Positions 46,573-56,047 of a stretch of 64,000 bases of DNA are shown piece by piece (position 1 is the first letter of the stretch; each line of letters starts with the position of its first letter). Under the pieces are notes generated by a model. That model ran no database searches. It was not told the origin of the DNA and saw only the letters and a program-made list of their open reading frames with translations. The stretch covers positions 2,514-66,513 of the forward strand of contig JAQGPJ010000062.1 of assembly GCA_028293125.1 (NCBI GenBank), written 5' to 3'. Source of the stretch: Verrucomicrobiales bacterium (GTDB lineage: Bacteria; Verrucomicrobiota; Verrucomicrobiia; Verrucomicrobiales; V1-33). Made by a program: the position numbers and the translations under genes.

Positions 46573-49500
46573 ATGAATTCCCCTCTTTCCTGGATGGCCG
46601 CCGTGCCTGAACGTGTTATGTTCCCTGCGCTGCTGCTGATGGCGGCCGCCGCCGCCCCGGTTCCGGCGTTGGCGGCGACCCAGGTGCTGCTCGGCAGCGT
46701 CGATCAGATTTCAGGCGTGGCCGACCCGCACTTGGATCTGACAGGGATTTTTCCCTATGCCATCAATTTCAGTCCGGACGACTCCGATCTGACCGTTGCC
46801 GGACTCACCTTCAAACCGGACCATCAGCCCATCCCCGGTGCCACTCTGGTCTGTCCCCAGAATGTCGCTCCCTGGCAGACCACGCCGGAGTTTGGTCCCC
46901 CGGATGACAACAAGGCCCTGGAGTCGCTGCTGGCGGACATCCGCTGGGCCAACGCCGGCAGCGGGGAGAAGCTGCAGGCCACCTTGGCGGTCACCGCCGG
47001 CATCCGTTATAAAATCCAAATCCTGATTTCTGGAAACACCGCCGAGAACCGGCGGTGGGACATCCGGCTGAACGGACAGCAGGCGGTGGATGAGATCACC
47101 TCCCTGGGGGTCAGCCCTGGCAGCAGCTATGAGATCGACCGGGCCACTGTCTGGTCCTGTGAGTTTGTGCCGGCCGGTTCCACGGCCATCGTGGAGATGG
47201 GCAGTCTTTTCGGCTCCAATGACGGCGGGGACCGCAATCCCATCTGGCAGGCACTCACGCTGGAGCAGGTCGAATTTCCCCAGGCACCCGAGGAGATCCA
47301 GCTTTCCTCCAGCGCCTTTTTCCCCACCCAGACCGCTCCTGTCGGGAGCTTTGCGGTGATGGATAAAAAGCCCGCCGTCACCCACACCCTGACCTTCGTT
47401 CCGGGAGAGGGGTCGGCGGACAACGGAAAATTCTCCATCCAGGACGGCCGGCTGACTCCCGGACCGTTCGATTTTTCCAACCAGCCGCCGGGAACGGTCT
47501 ATGCCATCCGGGTCAGGGCCACGGACCAGACGGAAACGGCCCGCTTTCTGGAAAAGACCTTCACGCTGACCCTTGAAGCCGCCCATGCACCCACAGCGGT
47601 CACGGTGGATGCCGCCTCCCTGAGCCGGGGGCTGGTGACGGGCCAGCCGGCCGGCACCCTGACCGCCATCGACGCTGACACTTTCGATCGGCATGTCTTC
47701 ACCCTCGTGCCGGGTGCGGGAGATGGCCAGAACGCCCTCTTCTCCATCGATGACCGCTCCCTGCTGCTGGCTTCGCCCCTGCCCTCCGGACTGAGTGCCG
47801 TGTCCGTGCGGCTGCGGGCCGTGGACCTGTCCGGCCTTTCAGTGGAGGGCACCCTGACGCTGCCGGTGATGGAATCCAAAATCCGAATCAACGAAGTGCT
47901 GGCGGTGTCCACGCCAGCCACCCGGCCGCTGGACCAGAGCCGAAGGGCGCAGGACTGGATCGAGCTCCGCAACGAGTTGGACCAGCCCGTAAACCTGTCA
48001 GGCTGGCATTTGTCGGACGATCCGCAGACGCTTGGCAAATGGACTTTCCCGGCGGTCATCCTGCCTCCGCAGGGGTATCTGCTGGTCTTCGCCAGCGGCC
48101 TGGGCACCACGCCTGCCTCCGGACCGCCGCACACCAATTTCAAACTGGGCCAGGACGGTGCCCGGGTGCTGCTTTCCCGGCCCGACGGGGTGACGGTCAG
48201 TGAGGTCCGTCTGCCCCGGATGTATCCCAATGTGGCCTGGGGGGAAACCGGCACGGAGGCCGGACCCTCATGGCTGCTGTCCCCGACCCCTGAAGCCGCC
48301 AATGCCGAAGCCGCCGCCGCCGGCACCAATGAGGTCCGTTTCAGCGTGCCGCACGGGTTCAGGACCGCGGCCTTTCCCCTGACGCTGAGCGCCACGCTGC
48401 CGGACTCCGTGATCCGCTACACCCTGGACGGCACCGTGCCCAAAGCCACCAGCCCGGTGTACTCTGAACCCATCACCGTGACTCCGGTCGTGGGCACCGT
48501 CAAATCGGGCTCGCGCATCGTCCGCGCGGTGGCCAGCCACAGCGGCGTGCCATGGGCTCCGGTGGCCACGCAGACGTATCTTTTTGTCAACGGGGTCACG
48601 GATCCCCGGACCGACGGGTTGGTGGCCCAGACGAACCTCATCAACTCCATCCGCAGCCACGCGGTTTACGGTCCGCTGCTGGACGACGCCATGGAGTCGC
48701 TGCCGGCGCTGTCGCTGGTGATCAACAACACCTCCGGTCTGCCGCTGGCGGAGACCCTGAGCAGTCTGGAGCTGTTCGATCCCCAGGGCGGCGAGGAGGG
48801 CTTCACCGTTCCCGCCGGCATCGCCCGCACCGGCACCACCAGCCTGAATTATCCCAAGGGCAGCATGAGCGCCCGCTTCCGCGGGGAATACGGCGCGGGA
48901 CGGCTGGATTACCCCGTTTACGGCCGCCACCCACACGACGCCAAAGGGGCGGCCACCTCGTTTCAGGAACTGCGACTGCGCAGCGGTTCCCACGACACCC
49001 TGTCGTGGCTGGGGGAGGCGGGGAATCCCTCGATCCCCTATGGTTCCCCGCCGGTGAGGCGGGGCGGCGACGCCCAGTTCATCCGCAATTTCTGGATCGA
49101 CGACCTGCAGCTGCTCATGGGCCAGCCCGGCAAGCACAACCGCATGGTGAATCTGTTCGTGAACGGCAACTACTATGGCATGTACGACATCGTGGAGCAT
49201 CCCGATGATGATTACATGGCCAGCTATTATCCGGGCGGCGCCGATGACTATCACTTCACCGGCGCGGCCACCACCGGCAGCCAGCACGACACCGGCGAGT
49301 CCTGGCGCAGCGTTTGGACCAAACTGAAGGCCTCGCTGGGCAATTACCCGCAGGCCAGCCGCTGGGTGGATATGGCCAATCTGGCGGACTACATGGTGCT
49401 CAGTTTCTACGCCGGCAATGACTGGGACTGGTCCACCCAGCACAATTGGGGAGCCGCCGGACCCAGGCTGCCGGACCAGGGCGGATGGAAGTTTTTCCAA

Positions 49501-51669
49501 CAGGATCAGGACATCAGCCTGCAGGATGTGAATGCGGACTGCACGGATCAGACGGTGCCGGACAACATCTTCAACCAGCTGATGGGCCGGGTGGATTTCA
49601 AGGTCCTCTTCCGGGACCGCATTTACCGCCATCTGTTCCATGACGGGGTGCTGACCCCGGACAAAGCCGGCGCCTTCTACCAGCTGCGCGCCAATGAGAT
49701 TCAGACCGCCGTCGTGGGGGAGACTGCGCGCTGGCAGCCGGGGTCCAGCGTGGGCCCGCTGCCGTGGGACCGTGACGGGGAGTGGACCGTGGAGCGGAAC
49801 TACCTGGTGAACACCTTCTTTCCCCAACGCACCGCCAAACTGCTCAGCCAGCTCCGGGCGCGGGGGTGGTATCCGGTGGACGTGCCGGAGATGAGCCAGC
49901 GGGGAGGCATCGTGGTGCCGGGAACGGAAATCCAGCTGAGCGGCCCGGCGGGAACCACGTTTTATTATACGCTGGACGGCACCGACCCCCGCCTGCCCGG
50001 CGGAGCGGTGAGCCCTTCCGCAAAATCCTGGACCGCCACCACCGGCACCCGGACCCTGGTGGAGGCCCACGACGGCGTGGCCGGAAAAGGAGCGGTCTGG
50101 AAATATCTCGCCCCCTCCGCCGATCCCGGGGAAAGCTGGAAAACGGCGGACTACAACGACAGCGCCTGGCTTTCCGGGCCGGTTCCGCTGGGTTACGGGG
50201 ACGGGGACGAGGTCACGGTGGTGGGCACGGCGGACACCGATCCCGCCACCCCCGGCGAACAGCGGAACCTGACCACCTATTTCCGCCGCACATTCCGGAT
50301 TGACCAGCCCTCCGGCGTCACCGGCATGAATATCCGGCTGAAACGGGACGATGGCGCGTTGGTGTATATCAATGGCCGGGAGGTGTTCCGCTCCGCCATG
50401 CCGGAGGGGCCGGTGGTGTTTTCCACACCGGGCAACGGCGGGGTCAATGTCAGCGATGACGGCAGCCTCTGGTTCTCCCAGCCCCTGACGCCTGCCGACT
50501 TCACCCTCACCGCCGGGGAGTCGAATGTGATCGCCGTGGAGCTGCACAATGCCTCCGCCGGCAGCAGTGACATCAGTTTCGATCTGGAGCTGACCGCCAC
50601 CCTGCCCCTGACACCGGAGCCCATTGTGATCAACGCCGCCGCCATGCTGAAAACCCGCGCACTCAAAGGCGCGGAGTGGTCGGGGATCAACGAGGCGGCT
50701 TTCGCGGTCACGGGGACACAGCCGGCCTCCACGGCCAATGTGGTCATCTCCGAAATCCACTATCATCCCGCCGGGGACGGACAGGGGGACAATGAGTTTC
50801 TGGAATTCCTGAACACCTCCACGGCTCCGGTCAGCATGGAGGGTGTGAAGCTGGAGACCGGGATCACCTTCACCTTTCCCGCCGGAGTGGTGCTGGAGCC
50901 GGGTGCGCGCGCGGTGCTGGTGAAGGATGCGGCGCTGTTCGATGCCCGCTACCGCACCCCGGAATCCCCGTTCTATCATGAAGGCATCCGGGTCATCGGA
51001 TCCTGGCAGGGATCGCTTTCCAACGGAGGGGAGATGCTGGCCCTCACGGCGGCCTCCGGGGAGCCTGTGTTCTCCATGAGCTGGAATGACAGCGGCAGCT
51101 GGCCGGCCGCCGCGGATGGCGGAGGCAGTTCTCTAGTACTGGCCGATCCCGCCGCGGCTCCCGTGACCACCGCTTTGGACAAAAGCGCCTGGCTGGATCA
51201 GCCGGGGAACTGGCGGGCCTCGGCCACGCCGCACGGCACTCCGGGTTATGCGGAGAGCGGTCCTGGGGTTTCCAATTACGACACTTGGGCAGCCTCGGTG
51301 TTTCCCACCGGAACGCCGGCGGCGGATCTGGAAAGGCTGGCGGATCCGGACCGGGACGGGCTCTCCAATCTGCTGGAGTTCGGACTGGGGCGGAATCCCC
51401 TTTCAGCCGATCCTTCCCCGCTGACCCTCTCCGGCGGATCCGGCGGCGCGGTGGAGTTCCAGTTCCAAGTCCGCAGCGATGCCGCCGCCGCCGGGCTGAC
51501 GGTCAAAATCGAAGTTTCACCGGATCTGGTGAACTGGGACCGCTCAGAGACCGCTATTGAACGGATCTCCTCCCAGGCCAATCCCGACGGCACCTCTCTG
51601 ATCACCGCCCGGCTGCTACCCGGGGGCGCACCGCCCCGGAGATATGTCCGGTTGGCGGTCAGTCAGTGA
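46573..51669 (+). CDS. Giant secreted protein (1698 aa): N-terminal malectin-like module, two cadherin-like repeats, LTD, Fn3-associated motifs, CotH kinase-like domain, second LTD, and the shared C-terminal module
   Basis: Signal-like MNSPLSWMAAVPERVMFPALLLMAAAAAPVPALA. The malectin-like module is paralogous to module 1 of the upstream gene. LTDs: RINEVLAVS...DWIELRNE...LSGWHLSDD and VISEIHYHPAGDGQGDNEFLEFLNTS. CotH-like: MVNLFVNGNYYGMYDIVEHPDDDYM ... FYAGNDWDW. Also IRYTLDGTVPKATSPVY and FYYTLDGTDPRLPGG. C-terminal: DPDRDGLSNLLEFGLGRNP ... RRYVRLAVSQ. Confidence 0.85.
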   Translation: MNSPLSWMAAVPERVMFPALLLMAAAAAPVPALAATQVLLGSVDQISGVADPHLDLTGIFPYAINFSPDDSDLTVAGLTFKPDHQPIPGATLVCPQNVAPWQTTPEFGPPDDNKALESLLADIRWANAGSGEKLQATLAVTAGIRYKIQILISGNTAENRRWDIRLNGQQAVDEITSLGVSPGSSYEIDRATVWSCEFVPAGSTAIVEMGSLFGSNDGGDRNPIWQALTLEQVEFPQAPEEIQLSSSAFFPTQTAPVGSFAVMDKKPAVTHTLTFVPGEGSADNGKFSIQDGRLTPGPFDFSNQPPGTVYAIRVRATDQTETARFLEKTFTLTLEAAHAPTAVTVDAASLSRGLVTGQPAGTLTAIDADTFDRHVFTLVPGAGDGQNALFSIDDRSLLLASPLPSGLSAVSVRLRAVDLSGLSVEGTLTLPVMESKIRINEVLAVSTPATRPLDQSRRAQDWIELRNELDQPVNLSGWHLSDDPQTLGKWTFPAVILPPQGYLLVFASGLGTTPASGPPHTNFKLGQDGARVLLSRPDGVTVSEVRLPRMYPNVAWGETGTEAGPSWLLSPTPEAANAEAAAAGTNEVRFSVPHGFRTAAFPLTLSATLPDSVIRYTLDGTVPKATSPVYSEPITVTPVVGTVKSGSRIVRAVASHSGVPWAPVATQTYLFVNGVTDPRTDGLVAQTNLINSIRSHAVYGPLLDDAMESLPALSLVINNTSGLPLAETLSSLELFDPQGGEEGFTVPAGIARTGTTSLNYPKGSMSARFRGEYGAGRLDYPVYGRHPHDAKGAATSFQELRLRSGSHDTLSWLGEAGNPSIPYGSPPVRRGGDAQFIRNFWIDDLQLLMGQPGKHNRMVNLFVNGNYYGMYDIVEHPDDDYMASYYPGGADDYHFTGAATTGSQHDTGESWRSVWTKLKASLGNYPQASRWVDMANLADYMVLSFYAGNDWDWSTQHNWGAAGPRLPDQGGWKFFQQDQDISLQDVNADCTDQTVPDNIFNQLMGRVDFKVLFRDRIYRHLFHDGVLTPDKAGAFYQLRANEIQTAVVGETARWQPGSSVGPLPWDRDGEWTVERNYLVNTFFPQRTAKLLSQLRARGWYPVDVPEMSQRGGIVVPGTEIQLSGPAGTTFYYTLDGTDPRLPGGAVSPSAKSWTATTGTRTLVEAHDGVAGKGAVWKYLAPSADPGESWKTADYNDSAWLSGPVPLGYGDGDEVTVVGTADTDPATPGEQRNLTTYFRRTFRIDQPSGVTGMNIRLKRDDGALVYINGREVFRSAMPEGPVVFSTPGNGGVNVSDDGSLWFSQPLTPADFTLTAGESNVIAVELHNASAGSSDISFDLELTATLPLTPEPIVINAAAMLKTRALKGAEWSGINEAAFAVTGTQPASTANVVISEIHYHPAGDGQGDNEFLEFLNTSTAPVSMEGVKLETGITFTFPAGVVLEPGARAVLVKDAALFDARYRTPESPFYHEGIRVIGSWQGSLSNGGEMLALTAASGEPVFSMSWNDSGSWPAAADGGGSSLVLADPAAAPVTTALDKSAWLDQPGNWRASATPHGTPGYAESGPGVSNYDTWAASVFPTGTPAADLERLADPDRDGLSNLLEFGLGRNPLSADPSPLTLSGGSGGAVEFQFQVRSDAAAAGLTVKIEVSPDLVNWDRSETAIERISSQANPDGTSLITARLLPGGAPPRRYVRLAVSQ

Positions 51670-51895
51670 AGCCGTGCAGGGGGCCAAAAGCCTTGCCAGA
51701 CCGGCACCTATGGCGAACTCGTGCCGCCATGAAGGCCGTCACACTAGCCACCGCATCGCCTCGAGCGGTGTATCAACAAACCAGTCCAACCCACGGTGGC
51801 AGAAACAGCCCGTCAGGAATAGCGGATGATGCAGCCGATCCTGACGCGCCGACCACTCGGAATCGGGCAGTATTTGATGAAACATTGAAGAACAG

Positions 51896-52087
51896 ATGAG
51901 CCATACAACTGAAACTCTGGCAAACTATTTGGGAGGTGGGGTTTCATCCGTGCTGGCGGATCCACCGTTCAACAACTGGGCGTGGGAGCGCTTTGCGCGA
52001 CACGGCTATGCGGTCCACATTGAGTATCGCTTGGATGCCGACGCCATCAAAAAGATCACACTGATGCGGGCCGACGTCGTACCTTAA
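51896..52087 (+). CDS. Hypothetical 63-aa ORF in a lower-GC patch (weak support)
   Basis: The only ORF of >=60 aa without an obvious antisense partner in the 51.7-52.4 kb gap. The ATG overlaps the stop of an upstream small ORF (ATGA at 51896-51899). Contains VLADPPFNNW, reminiscent of methyltransferase motif IV. No other support. Confidence 0.25.
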   Translation: MSHTTETLANYLGGGVSSVLADPPFNNWAWERFARHGYAVHIEYRLDADAIKKITLMRADVVP

Positions 52088-52479
52088 TCGCCCGCATATC
52101 CCCACTCACCGTCAGGAGTCTTCCGAAACGGAAGCTGTGGTTCTTGCGGACATCGGACCGCGCATTATCAGAGGGAATGCCCCACCCCTCACGATGTTAG
52201 GCGGAAACTACCGTGGGCTGAGGTGGAGATGCCGCGGGAATCACGAGGAGGGCAAGAGGCGGTCGAATGAGGCGGCGATGGCCGTGCAGCCGCTAGGCAG
52301 GAGGTGGAGGCAGCCGGCCTCCAAAGGCTGCCCGCAAAGGAGGCCAGCTTGGCATCGTGGGATCGAATGCAGGATAAAATGTGGTTGCCGACGGTCGCGC
52401 CCCGGCGGCTATTTCAGGTTTTCCCGCCCTTTTTCCCCATGGCATCCCTTTTCCGAAACCATTCCGTCCACGCACCGCC

Positions 52480-53910
52480 ATGAGCCACTCCAGGGAAGCG
52501 CTTTACGAGACCGTGGCCGGCAAGGTCGCCGGGCTGATCCACACTGGAACCCTGCGTCCCGGAGACCGCCTGCCCTCGGTGCGGCGCGCCTGCGCCCAGA
52601 ACGGGGTGTCCATGGCCACGGTGGTCCAGGCCTACCTGCGGCTGGAGAACCAAGGCCTGATCGAGGCCCGCCCCAAGTCCGGCTTTTTTGTGAAGGCCGC
52701 CCGACCCGGCAAACCGGCGGAGCCCTGGGCCTCGCGGCCGGCGGTGGCCCCGGTGAAGGTGGGCGTGGGAGCTTTGCAGACACGGCTGTTTGAACTGGCG
52801 CGCCGTCCTGACATTGTGCCCTTCGGAGCCGCCACGCCGGGAGCCGAGCTTTTCCCGGTGGCCCGGCTGAGCCGCATCATGTCCGCCGTCAGCCGCAGCG
52901 CCGGGGGCCGGGGCCTGAGCTACGACATGCCGCCCGGCGCGGAATCCCTGCGCCGGCAGATTGCCCGTCGCGCCCTGGACTGGGGCACCACTCTGGAGCC
53001 GCACGATCTCATCACCACCTGCGGCGGCACGGAGGCCCTGATGCTGTGCCTGCGCGCCGTCACCAAACCCGGGGATGTGGTGGCGGTGGAGTCCCCGACC
53101 TACTTCTGCGTGCTTCAGGCCATTGAGGAACTCAGGCTGAAGGCCCTCGAAATTCCCATGCACCCGCGCGACGGCATGGATGTGGAGGCGCTGGAGCGTT
53201 GCCTGAAGACCCGGCGCATCGCCGCCTGCCTGGCGGTGCCGAACTTCAACAATCCTCTGGGCTCCCTGATGCCCGACGAAGCCAAGCAGCGTCTGCTGGA
53301 GATTCTGAGCCGGAGAGAGATTCCTTTGATCGAGGACGACATTTACGGCGATCTCCACTTCGGCCCCCAGCGGCCCCGCGTGGTGCATTCCTGGGACCGC
53401 AGCGGCTTGGTGATGCTCTGCGGCTCCTTCTCCAAAACGCTGGCTCCCGGCTACCGGGTGGGTTGGGTCGCACCCGGACGCTTTCACGGCAAGGTGCAGG
53501 CCCTGAAGCTCACCAGCACCCTGGCCACCGGCACCCTGCCCCAGCTGGCCATTGCCGAATTCCTCGCCAACGGCGGTTATGACCACTATCTCCGCTCCGT
53601 CCGCCAGACCTACGCCGCCCAGGTCAGCCGCATGAGCGAAGCCTTGGCGGCCGCGCTGCCGGAGAATGTGCGCCTGACCCGCCCCGCCGGGGGTTTTGTG
53701 CTTTGGGTGGAGCTGCCGGCCAAAGTGGATTCCATGGAGCTGCACACGCGGGCGCTGGAGGAGAAAATCAGCCTCGCCCCCGGCCCCCTGTTCTCCGCGC
53801 GCGGCAGCTTCCGGAACTTCATCCGCATCAACTGCGGGCACCCGTGGAATTCAAAGCTCCAGCGGGCCGTGGAGACCTTGGGGGTGCTGGTTCATCAAAT
53901 GAGCCGCTGA
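52480..53910 (+). CDS. MocR/PdxR-type regulator (GntR-family wHTH fused to a class-I aminotransferase-like PLP domain)
   Basis: From the ATG at 52480: wHTH LYETVAGKVAGLIHTGTLRPGDRLPSVRRACAQNGVSMATVVQAYLRLENQGLIEARPKSGFFV. The aminotransferase fold follows (...SFSKTLAPGYRVGWV with the PLP-lysine context). Confidence 0.85.
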   Translation: MSHSREALYETVAGKVAGLIHTGTLRPGDRLPSVRRACAQNGVSMATVVQAYLRLENQGLIEARPKSGFFVKAARPGKPAEPWASRPAVAPVKVGVGALQTRLFELARRPDIVPFGAATPGAELFPVARLSRIMSAVSRSAGGRGLSYDMPPGAESLRRQIARRALDWGTTLEPHDLITTCGGTEALMLCLRAVTKPGDVVAVESPTYFCVLQAIEELRLKALEIPMHPRDGMDVEALERCLKTRRIAACLAVPNFNNPLGSLMPDEAKQRLLEILSRREIPLIEDDIYGDLHFGPQRPRVVHSWDRSGLVMLCGSFSKTLAPGYRVGWVAPGRFHGKVQALKLTSTLATGTLPQLAIAEFLANGGYDHYLRSVRQTYAAQVSRMSEALAAALPENVRLTRPAGGFVLWVELPAKVDSMELHTRALEEKISLAPGPLFSARGSFRNFIRINCGHPWNSKLQRAVETLGVLVHQMSR

Positions 53911-53975
53911 TCCTTTTCCGGCGTCTGTGATGCCAGGGAAATGTCCGGTCTGTATCTATCGCTGCTGGGAAAACC

Positions 53976-54233
53976 GTGCATGTTACGATCATGCACGATC
54001 CAACCTTCCGTGACACTGCCTTCCTGGTTTTCAGAGCCTTCTGCGGAGCCGGGCTGATCTTCACCCTCATCGCCGGCTGGTATCTCCACCGGAATTTCGA
54101 CCGCCTGCTGGGCGTGAAGGCCGAACTTCCCAGCGAAACCCGCGGAGCCCGCGGCTATACCCGGATGCTGGTGGTCGCCATCTGGATGCATATGCTGGTT
54201 TTCTTCACCATGGGGGTGCTGCTGCTGCACTGA
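53976..54233 (+). CDS. Small membrane protein (85 aa, 2 TM), unknown function
   Basis: Two hydrophobic helices (AFLVFRAFCGAGLIFTLIAGWYL and MLVVAIWMHMLVFFTMGVLLL). GTG start inside an 8-bp hairpin. No homology recognised. Confidence 0.4.
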   Translation: MHVTIMHDPTFRDTAFLVFRAFCGAGLIFTLIAGWYLHRNFDRLLGVKAELPSETRGARGYTRMLVVAIWMHMLVFFTMGVLLLH

Positions 54234-54363
54234 GAGCCGCCTGCTTTTGAACATGGACATCCGCAGGCCGCATGAGTCCGGTCTGCGGTGTCCCGATCCG
54301 GGCGGACAGTCCGGAAAACAGCGGGGAATACCCGCCACCTGCTCTGTCTGCCCATCCAGCCCC

Positions 54364-55839
54364 TCAGGCCATCACGCGGAAAGCGGCGATAGCTTCCTCC
54401 GCGGAGCACGCGTTCCGGGCCATGCTTCCATACCCGTCCAGCCGGCGCCGCCAGGCGGTTTTCTCGGCGGCGGTGGGCTGATAAGGTTTGGAGACAGGCA
54501 CATCCTGCCCCTTGAGCAGGGAAAAGTATCCCTCCAGACCGAAGCTGGAGCCCGCCCAGATGAGCAGCCCGTTGGGAATGGCACTGGGGCCGTGGGCTTT
54601 CCAAAACTCCGTCATTTCCAAAGCCCCACCCAAATCCACATCCGAACGGCAGGCCCGCCAGAAGGGATTGTCCAGCCGGGTGTTGAACCGGTAGTGAATG
54701 GAGAGGAAATCGCGGATATCATCCCAGTCCTTGCTCACAAAGCGGTTATAGAGCGAGCGCATGGCGTCCGAGGGCTGGCACTGGCATTCCGCCAAGCCCT
54801 TGGTCAGGGTGGCCGACTGCTGGCAGATCACTTGGATGGCGGTGGCTTCCAAGGGCTCCACAAAACCGCCGGCATTGCCGATGCACACGCAGTTCCCCAC
54901 CCAAGCCCGCGCCCGGCGTCCGCTGACAAATTTCACGACCCGCGTTGTTTCAGGATCCACCCTCGGATTTTTCCGCAGGAACTCGGCCCGCGCATCGTCA
55001 TCGCTGAGAAAGGGCGAGCTGTAAACATACCCGCGGTTGATCAGGTCCTCATGGTCGATCCGCCAAGCCCAGCCGGCCTCCATGGTCTCCGCCAGCGTGT
55101 AGGGCAGAATGGTTTCCCCCGGCTTCCGCTTCCAGCCGCCGACCACGGCCCGGTCACAGTAAAGGGAGCGGCTGAAGGAGATGAACGGCTCCGCCATGGC
55201 CTGCCCCATGAGCTCCGACCGGAACCCGCTGGCATCCACATACAGATCCGCCTTCACCCGACGGCTATCGGTGAGATTTAGGGCTGCGATGCCCTCCGAT
55301 CCCCGTTCTGCCCGGCTCAGGGTGCCGTCGGTGACCTCCACCCCTGCCTCCCGGCACAGCACCTCCAACCCGCCGACCAGTCTCCGGTTTTCCAGGTGAA
55401 AGGCGGTGTAGTCATGCATTTCCGGCCTTCCGTTGGCGTTTCTCGGAAACGCCTTGTCGTGGGCCATGAGGGCGGAAATCGGTCCGATCCAGCGGTCTTT
55501 TTCCCCCAGATAGGTCGCATTCGCCCGGGTCACCTCGGGAAACCGTCCTGAGAATTCCGTGGCGAAAGGATAGAAGAAATCAGGACGTGAGCCCCACAGG
55601 AACCGGATGCCCAGCTTCCAAGTGGGATCCACCAGGGAGTAAAAACGCTCCTTGGAAACACCCAAGTATTCAAACATATGGACCGGAAAGGTGATATTGG
55701 TGCCCTCCCCCACTCCAATGACTCCGATGTCCGGACTGCGCAGCACCTCCACTTTGAGGTGGGGCAGCTTCATTTTCAGTGTCAGGGCCGCCAGCAGTCC
55801 CGCAGTGCCGGCTCCGAGAATGAGAATATGTTGGATCAT
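54364..55839 (-). CDS. FAD-dependent tryptophan-halogenase-family protein (function not inferable)
   Basis: N-terminal Rossmann ILILGAGTAGLLAALTL, GVIGVGEGT, and GWAWRI (the WxWxI motif of the Trp_halogenase family). The start is at 55839 (MIQHIL) or 55851. Confidence 0.8.
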   Translation of the reverse strand: MIQHILILGAGTAGLLAALTLKMKLPHLKVEVLRSPDIGVIGVGEGTNITFPVHMFEYLGVSKERFYSLVDPTWKLGIRFLWGSRPDFFYPFATEFSGRFPEVTRANATYLGEKDRWIGPISALMAHDKAFPRNANGRPEMHDYTAFHLENRRLVGGLEVLCREAGVEVTDGTLSRAERGSEGIAALNLTDSRRVKADLYVDASGFRSELMGQAMAEPFISFSRSLYCDRAVVGGWKRKPGETILPYTLAETMEAGWAWRIDHEDLINRGYVYSSPFLSDDDARAEFLRKNPRVDPETTRVVKFVSGRRARAWVGNCVCIGNAGGFVEPLEATAIQVICQQSATLTKGLAECQCQPSDAMRSLYNRFVSKDWDDIRDFLSIHYRFNTRLDNPFWRACRSDVDLGGALEMTEFWKAHGPSAIPNGLLIWAGSSFGLEGYFSLLKGQDVPVSKPYQPTAAEKTAWRRRLDGYGSMARNACSAEEAIAAFRVMA

Positions 55840-56047
55840 GCCGCGCAGCATGGGTTAATTGCGAATGAAACCGCAAGCCTTTCATGCGGACAGGCCGATG
55901 GGCACCAGACTTTTCCGGTTTTGAAGAACGGCACCGGTCTTTGAGAATTGCGCCTTGGCTCCTGATCGGTCAGGACGCAGACCGTTTCTTCCTGAAAACC
56001 GGTAAAATTCGCTTGATGAATTTACCAAATCTCCAGTGGAAATGGTA

